Shown here in pieces: positions 32,516 through 41,642 of a stretch of DNA of 64,000 nt. The notes under the pieces are model-generated. The model searched no databases, was not told the origin of the DNA, and worked only from the letters and a program-made list of their open reading frames with translations. Position numbers and translations under genes: made by a program. Numbering within the stretch: the first letter of the stretch is position 1; each line of letters begins with the position of its first letter. Source of the stretch: an uncultured beta proteobacterium (GTDB lineage: Bacteria; Pseudomonadota; Gammaproteobacteria; Burkholderiales; SG8-41); NCBI GenBank assembly GCA_963734595.1, contig CAVTHV010000016.1:84519-148518 (forward strand), given 5' to 3'.

Positions 32516-32626
32516 GGATACGATAGTGGGGAATATTCCGCTATACCAACCCGCCGGCCTGGGCTCGACGCTTCGATCAGGACCGGACGACTCGCCGGCC
32601 GCTGCCGGGGCCCGCGCCATGACTTC

Positions 32627-32989
32627 TTATTGCCCGTGTCCCGGCGTCCGGCGCCCGCCGCTCCTGGTTTCGCCGCGCCGCTTCCGGGAATAGTCTTCGA
32701 GCTGCCGCTTCGCGGCATCGAACGCATCGCGCAACGCGACGTAGATATCCTCGCTGTGCTCGTGGTTCACCACGATTTCCTTTCCCGGCACGGCGATGTC
32801 GAGACGCACCATGAACTGCCGCCCCTGGTGGTGATGCTTGTGCGGCGCCTCCGCGACGACGCGGCACGACGTGATCGGCGTGAAGAATTGCTCGAGCTTG
32901 GCGATTCCCTGCCGGATATGGTCATCCAATGCCGGGGAATGGTCCATGTCGCGCACAGTGATCTGAACCTGGTTTTGCATGATTTTCAC
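32627..32989 (-). CDS. HPF/RaiA family ribosome hibernation factor (short form)
   Basis: VQITVRDMDHSPALDDHIRQGIAKLEQFF and DIYVALRDAFDAAKRQLED, which are typical of the sigma54-modulation/RaiA fold. Confidence 0.75.
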   Translation of the reverse strand: MKIMQNQVQITVRDMDHSPALDDHIRQGIAKLEQFFTPITSCRVVAEAPHKHHHQGRQFMVRLDIAVPGKEIVVNHEHSEDIYVALRDAFDAAKRQLEDYSRKRRGETRSGGRRTPGHGQ

Positions 32990-33003
32990 CTTCGTTGTTG
33001 CAG

Positions 33004-33453
33004 TTACTTGCGGCTTTGCATTTCGTGCGTCTGTTCCTTGGACACGATGCGCGTCAAATCGGTGAGCTGCTCCGCCAGCACCTCGAGCAGGTCATCGATG
33101 GTGACGATGCCCACGAGCTGGCCGTCGCCGCCGACCACCGGCAGCCGGCGCACGCCCTTGAAGCGCATCACCTCCATGGTTTCGAGAACACCCTGGCTCT
33201 CCGGCACCGTGATCAGTTCCGAGCTCATGATGTCGCCCACGGTGATCACTTTCGGATCGAGTTCCATGGCGTCCACCTCCATGACGATGTCGCGATCGGT
33301 CAATATGCCGACCGGCATGCGTTTGCCGGCGACCTCGTCGACCGCGACCAGGCTGCCGACGTGATAATGCCGCATCAGCTTCGCTGCCGCCTGAACGGCG
33401 GTGTCGCGGTTGACGAATACCACTTCCCGGTTGCAGATCTCGCCGATGCTCAT
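33004..33453 (-). CDS. CBS domain pair protein
   Basis: RBS aaggag lies 6 nt before the ATG at 33453. Two CBS motifs (HHVGSLVAVD.., GILTDRDIV; VRRLPVVGGDGQLVGIVTIDDLL). Confidence 0.85.
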   Translation of the reverse strand: MSIGEICNREVVFVNRDTAVQAAAKLMRHYHVGSLVAVDEVAGKRMPVGILTDRDIVMEVDAMELDPKVITVGDIMSSELITVPESQGVLETMEVMRFKGVRRLPVVGGDGQLVGIVTIDDLLEVLAEQLTDLTRIVSKEQTHEMQSRK

Positions 33454-33545
33454 GGTCTTCTCCTTTGACATCTTCCCGCCGGTCTCAGCGCTATGCACTC
33501 TCGACATTCTCGGTACCATGATAGGAGCGCCCGCAAGCGCTCCCC

Positions 33546-33559
33546 TTGATCCAGATCAA
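33546..33559. promoter_or_regulatory. FNR/Dnr-type box TTGATccagATCAA
   Basis: Perfect consensus palindrome, extended by the flanking cccc/gggg, ~95 bp upstream of the CBS start. Confidence 0.6.
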
Positions 33560-33594
33560 AGGGGCGGTCAGGGTATGTCCGCAGAACCGGTGCG

Positions 33595-35032
33595 TTATCC
33601 CTTGATGCAAACCCTGGGACGGAGAAATGCGACGCGGCGCGCCAGACCGGCCTGTTCCGTCGCCTCCGCCACCAGGTCGACGTCCTTGTAGGCGCCGGGC
33701 GCTTCTTCCGCGGCGCCCCGCATCGAGCGCGTGCGGATCAGGATGCCGCGCGCCGCCAGCTCGTCGATGAGTTGCCGGCCGTTCCATTGTTTGAGCGCCT
33801 GGTGGCGGCTCATCGCGCGGCCCGCGCCGTGGCTCGCCGAACTGAACGCCCGCTGCTCGCTTTCGCTCGTCCCGCACAGCACATAGGAACCGGTGCCCAT
33901 GCTGCCGCCTATGATCACCGGCTGGCCCGTCGCGCGATAGCGCAGGGGGACCGCCGGATGTCCGGGCCCGAACGCGCGGGTTGCGCCTTTGCGATGCACG
34001 TAGAGCAGCATCTCCCGGCCGTCGACGATATGCCGCTCCACCTTGCACGTGTTGTGCGAAATGTCGAACAGGGTTTCGAGCATCGGCCTGCGGCAGGACC
34101 CGCCCGAATGCCTCGCGCGTCAGATGCGTGAGGATCTGCCGGTTGGCAAGCGCGCAGTTGATCGCCGCGTTCATGGCGCCGATATACTGCTGCCCTTCCG
34201 GCGAATTGATCGGCGCGCACGCGAGTTCGCGATCGGGCAGTTCGATGCCGAGCCGGGAAGCCGCCTTCGCCAGGCTCACGAGATAGTCGGTGCCGATCTG
34301 ATGGCCGAGGCCGCGCGAGCCGCAGTGGATCGAAACGACGACCTGCCCCTGCCGCAGGCCGAATGCCTCGGCCGCTGCGCGATCGTAGATGCGGTCGACC
34401 ACCTGCACTTCGAGATAGTGATTGCCGGAACCCAGAGTGCCCATCTCGCCGCGCTGCCGTTTCTTTGCCAGCAGCGACACGTTCGCCGGGACCGCGCCTT
34501 CGACGCAACCCTGTTCTTCGACGAACTCCAGATCGGCAGCCGTGCCGTAACCGCGGCGCACCGCCCACTGCGCGCCGCCGCGCAGCACCTCGTCGAGCTT
34601 CTCGGGCGTCAGCTTGAGATCGCCCTCTTCGCCGACGCCCGGCCGGTATGCTCCGAAACAGGACATCGGCGAGCGTGCGGCACATGCGGCACGATAGCGT
34701 CAAGCGTCGAGGTTGCTGCGCAGGCAGCGGATGCCGCAGGAAATGTCGAAACCGACACCGCCGGCGGAAATGATGCCGCCGCGCCCGGGATCGAACGCGG
34801 CCACGCCGCCGATCGGAAAACCGTAGCCCCAGTGCGCGTCGGGCATGGTCATCGCGCAGCCCACGAGGCCGGGCAGCCGCGCGACGTTGGTCAGTTGCTC
34901 GAGCACCTTGTCGTCCATGGTGGCGAGCAGTTCGGCATTGCCGTAAAGCCGGACTTCGCCGCGGCGCTCGCCCGTCGCGAGCGGCACCGTCCAGCACCAC
35001 GGATCGATCTGCTGCAGACTGGTCAGTTTCAT
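33595..35032 (-). CDS. rtcB: RNA ligase RtcB, interrupted by about four frame disruptions
   Basis: [48 protein letters not shown] and SHGAGR. Pieces 34700..35032, 33491..34666 and 33595..34083 join. Disruptions lie near 34700, 34673, 34640 and 34090. Confidence 0.9.
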
Positions 35033-35043
35033 GACCGGCTTCC

Positions 35044-35495
35044 TCAGACGTCGACGACACAGCGCGCTTCCCAGCCCGCCTGCGCCTGTTTCACGCGAAA
35101 GCATCGTCAATGTCGCTCCCTTGACCTCCACGCCGCGTTCGAGACCGTCACGCCAGTTTTCGCCTGCGGCCGATCCGCGCCATACCGCGCCATCCCGCTC
35201 GAGATGGAAGGTGGCAAACACCATGCCATTTTCGCGCGCGGCACCAAGCAAGGCGTTGAGCCATCGTCACCAGCGCGAGTTCGGTATCGGCCTCCTCGAA
35301 CTCGATCTTCACGCTGCGCGCCGCGCGCACTCCGGCAAGATCGGTCATGATCGAGAACATCGCCGCCGCAGCGGTCTCGAACGCCTGTTCAACAGAAGCA
35401 CCGCGCCCGATGATGCCGATATCCGCATCGTGCCCGAAATAGGCATCACGCTTGCCGGATTCCATGCTGGCGCCCTGATCTGTCGGGCTGGTCAT
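35044..35495 (-). CDS. Archease (RtcB activator), with two apparent +1 frameshifts
   Basis: [14 protein letters not shown] at the N-terminus. The corrected C-terminus reads [29 protein letters not shown]. Frame breaks lie near 35268 and 35094. The stop lies 11 nt before rtcB. Confidence 0.75.
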
Positions 35496-35568
35496 TTTCC
35501 GCCGTTGCGCCGCACATCAGGCGCGCGCACCATAATTGCTCATGTTAGCCATGCCGGCATCGGTTTGC

Positions 35569-35582
35569 TTGATCTAGGTCAA
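35569..35582. promoter_or_regulatory. FNR/Dnr-type box TTGATctagGTCAA
   Basis: Perfect palindrome ~80 bp upstream of the archease-rtcB operon, and also upstream of the divergent gene at 35652. Confidence 0.6.
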
Positions 35583-35651
35583 ACCAAGACCCTCGCTTTT
35601 TGGCTGTACTGTGAATGGCACGGAATCGATGTGTAAAAAACCGGGTGATCG

Positions 35652-35894
35652 ATGATTCTGATCAAAAACAAGCGGGTGCGCCGTGGCGTCGGCCTCGCGC
35701 TGGTGATCGCGGGAGGCCTGCTGATGTGGCTCGCGCCGGAGGAAGCCGGCGTGGGTGTCTTTTTGCTCGCCGCCGGCGTGTTGCTGGAGATCGTCGGCAT
35801 CGCGCTCGAGCGGCGTGACGACAGGTTGAACGTACGTCATGCCGTGGACTACGGCGTATTACCCCGCGGCGATGAAGCACCTGCCGCCCGCTGA
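35652..35894 (+). CDS. Small two-helix membrane protein (hypothetical)
   Basis: GVGLALVIAGGLLMWLAP and VGVFLLAAGVLLEIVGIAL. The 3' end overlaps the next ORF and is uncertain. Confidence 0.35.
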   Translation: MILIKNKRVRRGVGLALVIAGGLLMWLAPEEAGVGVFLLAAGVLLEIVGIALERRDDRLNVRHAVDYGVLPRGDEAPAAR

Positions 35895-36028
35895 CGCGCG
35901 AGAAAGCGATAGAAATCGCCAACGCCCTGCTTTCCGAGGGCTATCCTGAAGGCCAGGCCATCCGGATCGCGATCGCCCGCGCCCGGCAATGGGCGCAACG
36001 CCAGGCGCACGACACGGCAGACCGCTAA
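35839..36028 (+). CDS. DUF2188-like small protein, with one apparent +1 frameshift
   Basis: Manual translation gives MPWTTAYYPAAMKHLPPA, then after a +1 correction near 35895, REKAIEIANALLSEGYPEGQAIRIAIARARQWA. The 190-nt span (3n+1) fits a single-base insertion. Confidence 0.5.
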
Positions 36029-37755
36029 CGCCGCATCGTGCGCTCGAGCAGCGGTTTGAGCCTGGCCAGCGTGCGGGTGTTAAGCACATCGCCCGGCTCC
36101 AGCCAGCCGCGCCGCGCCTGCCCGATCGCGTATCCAAGATGGGCAAAATCGAGCGTGCTGTGGGCATCGGAATTGATGCACACCAGAACGCCTTCGTCCC
36201 GCGCCATCTGGCAATGGGTGTCGTGCAGATCGAGCCGGTCGGGCTGGGCGTTGAGTTCGAGAAAGCAGCCGCGGCTCTTCGCCTCGCGCACGATCCTGAG
36301 CATGTCGACGTCGTAGGGTTCGCGGCTGCCGATCAGGCGCCCGCTCGGATGGGCGAGCAGGGTGAAGCAGCGGTGATCCATCGCGCGCAGGATGCGCGCG
36401 GTCTGTTTGCGGCGCGGCAGATCGAAGGCGCTGTGCACCGCGCCGATCACGAGATCGAGCCGCGCCAGCACCGGATCCGGCAGGTCGAGGCTGCCGTCCT
36501 CGAGAATATCGACCTCGATGCCCTTGAGTATCGTGAAGCCGGCGAGTTCCTCATTCAGGCGGTCGATCTCGTCGATCTGCCTGGCGAGGCCCCGCGGGTC
36601 GAGGCCGTGCGCGACCGCGAGCCGGCGCGAATGCTCGGTAATCGCAATGTAGCCCAGGCCCAGCGCCTGTGCCGCCAGCGCCATCGCTTTCACCGTATCG
36701 TGCCCATCGGAAGCCTTGGTGTGCACATGCAGGTCACCCTTGAGATCGTTCCGCATGATGAGCTGCGGCAGCCGGCCGCCGCGCGCAGCCTCGATCTCGC
36801 CGCGATCTTCCCGGAGTTCCGGCGGGATGTAGGGCAGGCCCGCGGCCTTGAACACCGACTCCTCGGTGTCGCCGGCAATGCAGCGCTCGCCGCGGAACAC
36901 CCCGTATTCGTTGAGCTTCAAGCCGCGCTCCTGGGCGAGCCGGCGGATCGCGATGTTGTGCGCTTTCGAGCCGGTGAAATAATGCAGCGCCGCACCGTAG
37001 CTTGCGGCCGGCACCCGTCGCAGATCGACCTGGAGGCCCGACTTGAGCACCACGCTTGCGCGCGTCTCGCCTTGCGCAAGGATTTGCCTTACTTCGTCGT
37101 ACGCGCAGAATTCCGCCATCACCGGGCTGTCGCCGTCCGCGGTGACGAGAATGTCCAGATCCCCCACGGTTTCCCGCATGCGGCGGAAGCTGCCCGCCAC
37201 GACCGCCTGCTTCACTCCGGGCACTTTTTCCAGGTAGGAAACCAGCGCGTCGGCGTATTGGGTGGCGACGGCGAGCTGGAAACGCCGGCTGGTGTCCGTC
37301 TGCGCTTCCAGCGATTGCAGAATGTGTTGTTCGGTTTTCTCGCCGAAACCAGGCACATCACGGATCCGGCCGGCGCGCGCCGCCTGGCGCAAATCGTCGA
37401 TCGTCTGCACCCGCAGTTCGTCATAAAGCAGCTTGACGCGCTTCGGCCCCAGCCCGGGGATCCTGAGCAACTCGGTGATCGCCGACGGAAACTCCTTGCG
37501 CAACCGCTGCAGCAGCGCGGACGTACCGGTGGCCGCTATCTCATGGATCTTGGCGGCAAGATCGGTGCCGATGCCGGGGAGTTTCGGCAGCTCGCCGCCC
37601 TTGTCGAACAGGCTCTTGATGTCCCGGCCGAACTCGGCGACGCTGCGCGCGGCATTGCGATAGGCGCGGATCCGGAACGGGTTTTCCCCCCGGATCTCCA
37701 GAAGGTCCGCGATCTCCTCGAAGATCGCGGCGATATCGGCGTTGTGCAGCGGCAC
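36025..37755 (-). CDS. polX: Family X DNA polymerase with a C-terminal PHP phosphoesterase domain (PolX)
   Basis: Intact 576 aa. HhH motifs (LPGIGTDLAAKI, IPGLGPKR), the Pol beta-like core (GSFRRMRETVGDLDILV), and the PHP motif DLHVHTKASDG. Confidence 0.9.
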   Translation of the reverse strand: MPLHNADIAAIFEEIADLLEIRGENPFRIRAYRNAARSVAEFGRDIKSLFDKGGELPKLPGIGTDLAAKIHEIAATGTSALLQRLRKEFPSAITELLRIPGLGPKRVKLLYDELRVQTIDDLRQAARAGRIRDVPGFGEKTEQHILQSLEAQTDTSRRFQLAVATQYADALVSYLEKVPGVKQAVVAGSFRRMRETVGDLDILVTADGDSPVMAEFCAYDEVRQILAQGETRASVVLKSGLQVDLRRVPAASYGAALHYFTGSKAHNIAIRRLAQERGLKLNEYGVFRGERCIAGDTEESVFKAAGLPYIPPELREDRGEIEAARGGRLPQLIMRNDLKGDLHVHTKASDGHDTVKAMALAAQALGLGYIAITEHSRRLAVAHGLDPRGLARQIDEIDRLNEELAGFTILKGIEVDILEDGSLDLPDPVLARLDLVIGAVHSAFDLPRRKQTARILRAMDHRCFTLLAHPSGRLIGSREPYDVDMLRIVREAKSRGCFLELNAQPDRLDLHDTHCQMARDEGVLVCINSDAHSTLDFAHLGYAIGQARRGWLEPGDVLNTRTLARLKPLLERTMRR

Positions 37756-37764
37756 TGCGGCCTT

Positions 37765-38160
37765 CTACAGAGTTGGCGTTGCTCCCCGGGAATGCGTCTG
37801 CTCGTGCCGTTGCTGGCAGCGGATGCAGCGCTTGGCGGTGGCATAAACCGCCAGCCGTTCATATCCGATGTCCGTGCCGCACTCGATGCACGCCCCGAAA
37901 CTGCCGTCGCGCATGCGCTGCAACGCGGCTTCGACGTCGCGCAACTCCATCACGTGGCGGTCGGCGAGCGCGGCATCGATATCGACGAGCATATCGGCCA
38001 CCGCGTCGTCGCCCGAATCGGCCACGGCCCCGGCGAGATCCTTGTGGTGTTGCTCATCGGACCGGATCAGCACTTCGCGAATCTCATCCTTCAGTTCGCG
38101 ACTGCGCAATACAAGGCGGGTCTTGAGATCGTCAAGCTGGAGATCGGTCAGGTCGCTCAT
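37765..38160 (-). CDS. DksA/TraR family C4-type zinc-finger protein
   Basis: 131 aa starting at MSDLTDL, a coiled-coil region, then CIECGTDI...CIRCQ. Confidence 0.8.
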   Translation of the reverse strand: MSDLTDLQLDDLKTRLVLRSRELKDEIREVLIRSDEQHHKDLAGAVADSGDDAVADMLVDIDAALADRHVMELRDVEAALQRMRDGSFGACIECGTDIGYERLAVYATAKRCIRCQQRHEQTHSRGATPTL

Positions 38161-38260
38161 CGCTGCGCTCCTTGGGGTCGGGCATTTTCCGGCGCCACGC
38201 TGCGATCCATGTCGGCGGAATCGGTTTATATTCATAATATTCGACGGTGACGCCCGCCCC

Positions 38261-38274
38261 TTGACCCAGATCAA
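38261..38274. promoter_or_regulatory. FNR/Dnr-type box TTGACccagATCAA
   Basis: Perfect palindrome in the divergent region between the dksA-like/polX genes (-) and the APH/AAA gene (+). Confidence 0.6.
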
Positions 38275-38348
38275 CAAAATGACCCCCGGCATGCGGTTTA
38301 CTGGGAACGTCGCGGCTTCGCATCGGCGGCAACTTCCCAATCGACGTC

Positions 38349-39955
38349 TTGACGATGAATAACACCGAAAATTCCGATCGTCACGCAAGACTGATCGCGG
38401 CGCTGCGCGATCCCGGCTGCTACCCGCATCCGGTGGGCGAGGTGGAGGTTCTCGAAACGCATATTTCCTGGGTCCTGCTGACCGGCCGCTATGCCTACAA
38501 GATCAAGAAACCGGTGAACCTGGGTTTCCTCGATTTCTCCACGCTCGCGCAGCGCGACTTCTGCTGCCGCGAAGAACTGCGATTGAACCGCCGGCTCGCT
38601 CCCGGTCTTTACCTGGATGTCGTCGGCATCACCGGCAGCCCGGACCACCCGCGCGTGGGCGGCGACGGCGAAGCCATCGAATATGCGGTAAAAATGCTGC
38701 AGTTCGGGCAGGACCAGCTGGCCAGCCGCCTGCTCCGCAGCGGCAATCTCACAGCGCAGCACATCGAGCAGCTCGCCGGAACAATCGCAACGTTCCACCA
38801 GCAGGCAGCGGCGGCCAAAGGACGGCAGCCGCTTCGGCTCGCCGGCGACGCTGAAGGCACAGGTCCTGCAGAATTTCGATCAGATCGCGGCGCTGCCCGG
38901 CGCGGAGAGCGAGCGCACCATGCTCGGCGATTTGCGCGAACTGGAGCGAGCGCGAACTCTCCGCCGGTGAGTCACGGTTCGGCGCGCGCCAGGCCGCGGG
39001 CCGCGTGCGCGAGGGCCACGGCGACCTCCATCTCGGCAATATTGCGCTGGTCGACGGCGAGATCACGCCCTTCGACTGCATCGAATTCAGCGCCGACCTG
39101 CGCTGGAACGACGTCGCCAGCGAAACCGCTTTTCTGGTCATGGATCTCATCGACCGTGGCCGGCGGGACTTCGCGTTTCTGTTTCTCAGCACTTATCTCG
39201 AGCTCACCGGCGACTACGACGCGGTCGCGGTGCTGCGCTTTTACCTGGTTTATCGGGCCATGGTGCGCGCCAAGGTCCATTGCCTGCGCGCGCATCAGGC
39301 GCACATCGACGGGGCCGAACGTGCGCGTCTGCTCGATGCCTTCCGCGACTACCTGAAACTCGCCGCCGGCTTCACCCGGCCTTGCCGGCCGTCACTGATC
39401 GCGATGCACGGCATGTCCGGATCGGGGAAAACGGTGGTGTCCCATGCGCTGGTGCAGGCGGCGGGTGCGCTGCGCATCCGGTCCGACGTCGAACGCAAGC
39501 GTCTGCATGACATGACCATGCTCGAGCGGCCCGCAAGCGGCGTGGCCGCCGGCATCTACGCCGGGGAAGTCACGAAGCGCGTATACCAACACCTTGCGCA
39601 GCTCGCGCGGAAAATCATCGCGGCCGGCTACAGCGTGATCCTCGACGCCGCCTTCCTCCGGCGCTGGCAGCGCGACCTCGTGCGGGATCTCGCGCGCGAG
39701 CTCGCCGTACCTTTTGTCATCGCCTCGCTGCAAGCACCGGAAACCGTACTGCAAGCGCGCATCCTGCGCCGCAGCGGCGCGGGCACCGACGCGTCGGACG
39801 CCGATCTTGCCGTTCTGGCGCATCAGCTGGCAACCGAGGACCCGATCGCGGAAGACGAGCGCGCCGGCACCATCACGCTCGACGCCGCGCTGCCACCCGA
39901 CGCGCTCGCGGCAACCGCCGAATGGCGGGCACTGCTCGCAAGAGCTTCTTCTTAA
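38349..39955 (+). CDS. Bifunctional aminoglycoside-phosphotransferase-like / P-loop ATPase protein (Rv2004c-like), with two apparent +1 frameshifts
   Basis: N-terminus ETHISWVLLTGRYAYKIKKPV, APH catalytic motif HGDLHLGNI, and P-loop GMSGSGKT. Frame breaks lie near 38820 and 38955. Confidence 0.75.
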
Positions 39956-40584
39956 TCCGCTTCGCGCTCGATGCTGCAGCAATGCGCCGGCGCCTCTGCC
40001 ACGGTATGCACGGTCAGCACCGATCCCGTCACCGGGTTCGGGCGGAAGGTGGTGCAGCCCTTCAGCCCCAGCGCATACGCTTCCTCGTAGAGTGAGCAGA
40101 ACACTTCGAAGTCCAGGTCTTCAGGGACGTTGATGGTCTTGGAAATCGCGTTGTCGACATGCGGTTGCAGCGCCGCCTGCATCGCGAGATGGGCCCGCGG
40201 CTCGATGTCCGCCGCCGCGACGAACGCCGGCGGCAGCGCGGTCGCGCCGGACCCGCGATACAGCGCACACGCGTAATCGGCGACCTCGAAGGACTCGATC
40301 CCGCCGTCGGCAAGCCGCACGCTGCGCGAGCAGTCTGCCGCATAGACCGGCTCGAGCCCGCTCGAGACGTTGCCGGCAAGCAGGCTGATCGTGCCGGCCG
40401 GAGCGATCGCGGTCAGATGGCTGTTGCGGATGCCGTCACGGCGGATCGCATCCCGGATGTCCTGCGGCAGCGCACTCACGAACTCTCCGGCGAGATATTG
40501 TTCCGTTTCAAACAGCGGAAAGGCGCCCTTCTCGCGGGCCAGCGCCGACGAGGCGCGATACGCCGCATGGCAGATGGTGCGCAT
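39952..40584 (-). pseudogene. nrdJ: C-terminal ~210-220 aa of a class II (B12-dependent) ribonucleotide reductase, with no N-terminal part upstream (orphan NrdJb-like fragment)
   Basis: AYRASSALAREKGAFPLF, NSHLTAIAPAGTISL, ISKTINVP and GLKGCTTFRP. The frame opens just after a TGA near 40620, and no RNR-like sequence follows upstream. Confidence 0.7.
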
Positions 40585-40754
40585 GATGCGGGCGGCAATC
40601 TCGAGCGAATGCGATCGCTTTCACGCCATTCCCGGACCGGGCGGGACAAGCATCATGGGCAGTCGGAGACCGCGCCGACCGCGACCAACCTCCGGGCGAT
40701 AACAGTATGCCGTTGTTTTTATTATCAATATTTCGGCGTGGCTGCGCTCGGGGA

Positions 40755-41288
40755 TCAGGGCATGCCGCGGCGCTGCCTCATGCCCCGGCCAAGAACGGCG
40801 ATCTCTTCCGGCGTCAGAATTTTCTCTGCGAGCGGCAACATATTGGCTTCTTCGCCCACGACGTGCACCTGATACATTCCACAAAACCGGCCCACTTCCA
40901 GTTCGTCCAACGGCGCATGTTCCCCGTGCGCGATGAGCTCGAGGGTTTCCCGGAGTTTGAGCCACGCCTCTTCCAGTTCCTGGTGTTCGCGATGCAGCTT
41001 GTCGACCAGCAGCGCGAGGCGCTCCGCATTCTCTCCGCGCGCCGCTGCGATCATCAGCGGAAACAGGTCTTCCTCTTCATCCTCGCGGTGATGCCGTCCC
41101 GCGCTGTCGAAATAGCGCATCACGTTGGAAGCGGCTTGTTGCGCCTGTGCATCGCAGCCATGGACCGGCAGATGCGCGGCAAGCTTGCGCAGCGTCTCGC
41201 ACTGCGCTCTGATGCGGTCGTGGCAGGCGGTGAGCATCTGCAATGGATGATCAAAATCTGCAACGGCCTGCCTTATTTGTGCAGCCAT
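40755..41288 (-). CDS. Hemerythrin HHE cation-binding domain protein
   Basis: DHPLQMLTACHDRI, HHREDEEEDLFP and HREHQELE motifs. Confidence 0.75.
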   Translation of the reverse strand: MAAQIRQAVADFDHPLQMLTACHDRIRAQCETLRKLAAHLPVHGCDAQAQQAASNVMRYFDSAGRHHREDEEEDLFPLMIAAARGENAERLALLVDKLHREHQELEEAWLKLRETLELIAHGEHAPLDELEVGRFCGMYQVHVVGEEANMLPLAEKILTPEEIAVLGRGMRQRRGMP

Positions 41289-41494
41289 TCTTATTCCTCC
41301 TCATGCGCCGCCCGCTCGGTCCGGGCGGCTGTCTGACGCAGGTCCATACCCTGGCTAGCCATGCCCCGGGAATCCTGCAAATAAGCACCCTCCCGGCCGT
41401 CGCCCCAAGGTGCAGACAAGGCCGGTTTCTCCGAATGCGGCACGCTTATTAGGAAAACTGCTTCGGATACTAAGGCCCGAAACCCGGCGCCTCC

Positions 41495-41508
41495 TTGACG
41501 TACATCAA
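41495..41508. promoter_or_regulatory. FNR/Dnr-type box TTGACgtacATCAA
   Basis: Perfect palindrome in the hemerythrin/nrdD divergent region. Confidence 0.6.
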
Positions 41509-41527
41509 CCCCGTCAAAGTCTGGTTT

Positions 41528-41541
41528 TTGATGCACATCAA
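41528..41541. promoter_or_regulatory. FNR/Dnr-type box TTGATgcacATCAA
   Basis: Perfect consensus palindrome, 33 bp centre-to-centre from the previous box and ~105 bp upstream of nrdD. Confidence 0.65.
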
Positions 41542-41607
41542 GGGAATCGAATAATTCCGGTCTGCCGGATTGAATAACGCGATAGGTTGACTTAGTCTGA
41601 ACGCCGA

Positions 41608-41623
41608 CCACTAGATATTGTGG
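41608..41623. promoter_or_regulatory. Candidate NrdR box ccaCTAgATATTGTGg
   Basis: 13 of 16 positions match the NrdR consensus as I recall it (acaCwAtATaTwGtgt). It lies 20 nt before the nrdD start, and only one copy was seen. Confidence 0.4.
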
Positions 41624-41642
41624 TTTCCTAAGGGGGATTACC

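Noticed and set aside
32516-32620. N-terminal extension of the MFP ORF (MARAPAAAGESSG...), and read-through of one 1194-aa ORF covering both MFP and RND.
   Set aside because: The extension precedes the signal peptide and starts 6 nt after the HPF stop. The apparent fusion arises because a frameshifted MFP tail happens to lack stops; the real MFP C-terminus is ORF 31471..31836.
40690-40750. AT-rich segment sharing cgttgtttttatt with 45433..45446 and a related cgttgttttat at 24854, considered as a dispersed repeat or mobile-element end.
   Set aside because: Only ~13 nt are shared. No inverted repeats, target duplications or transposase are nearby. It is more likely terminator or promoter-like AT tracts.
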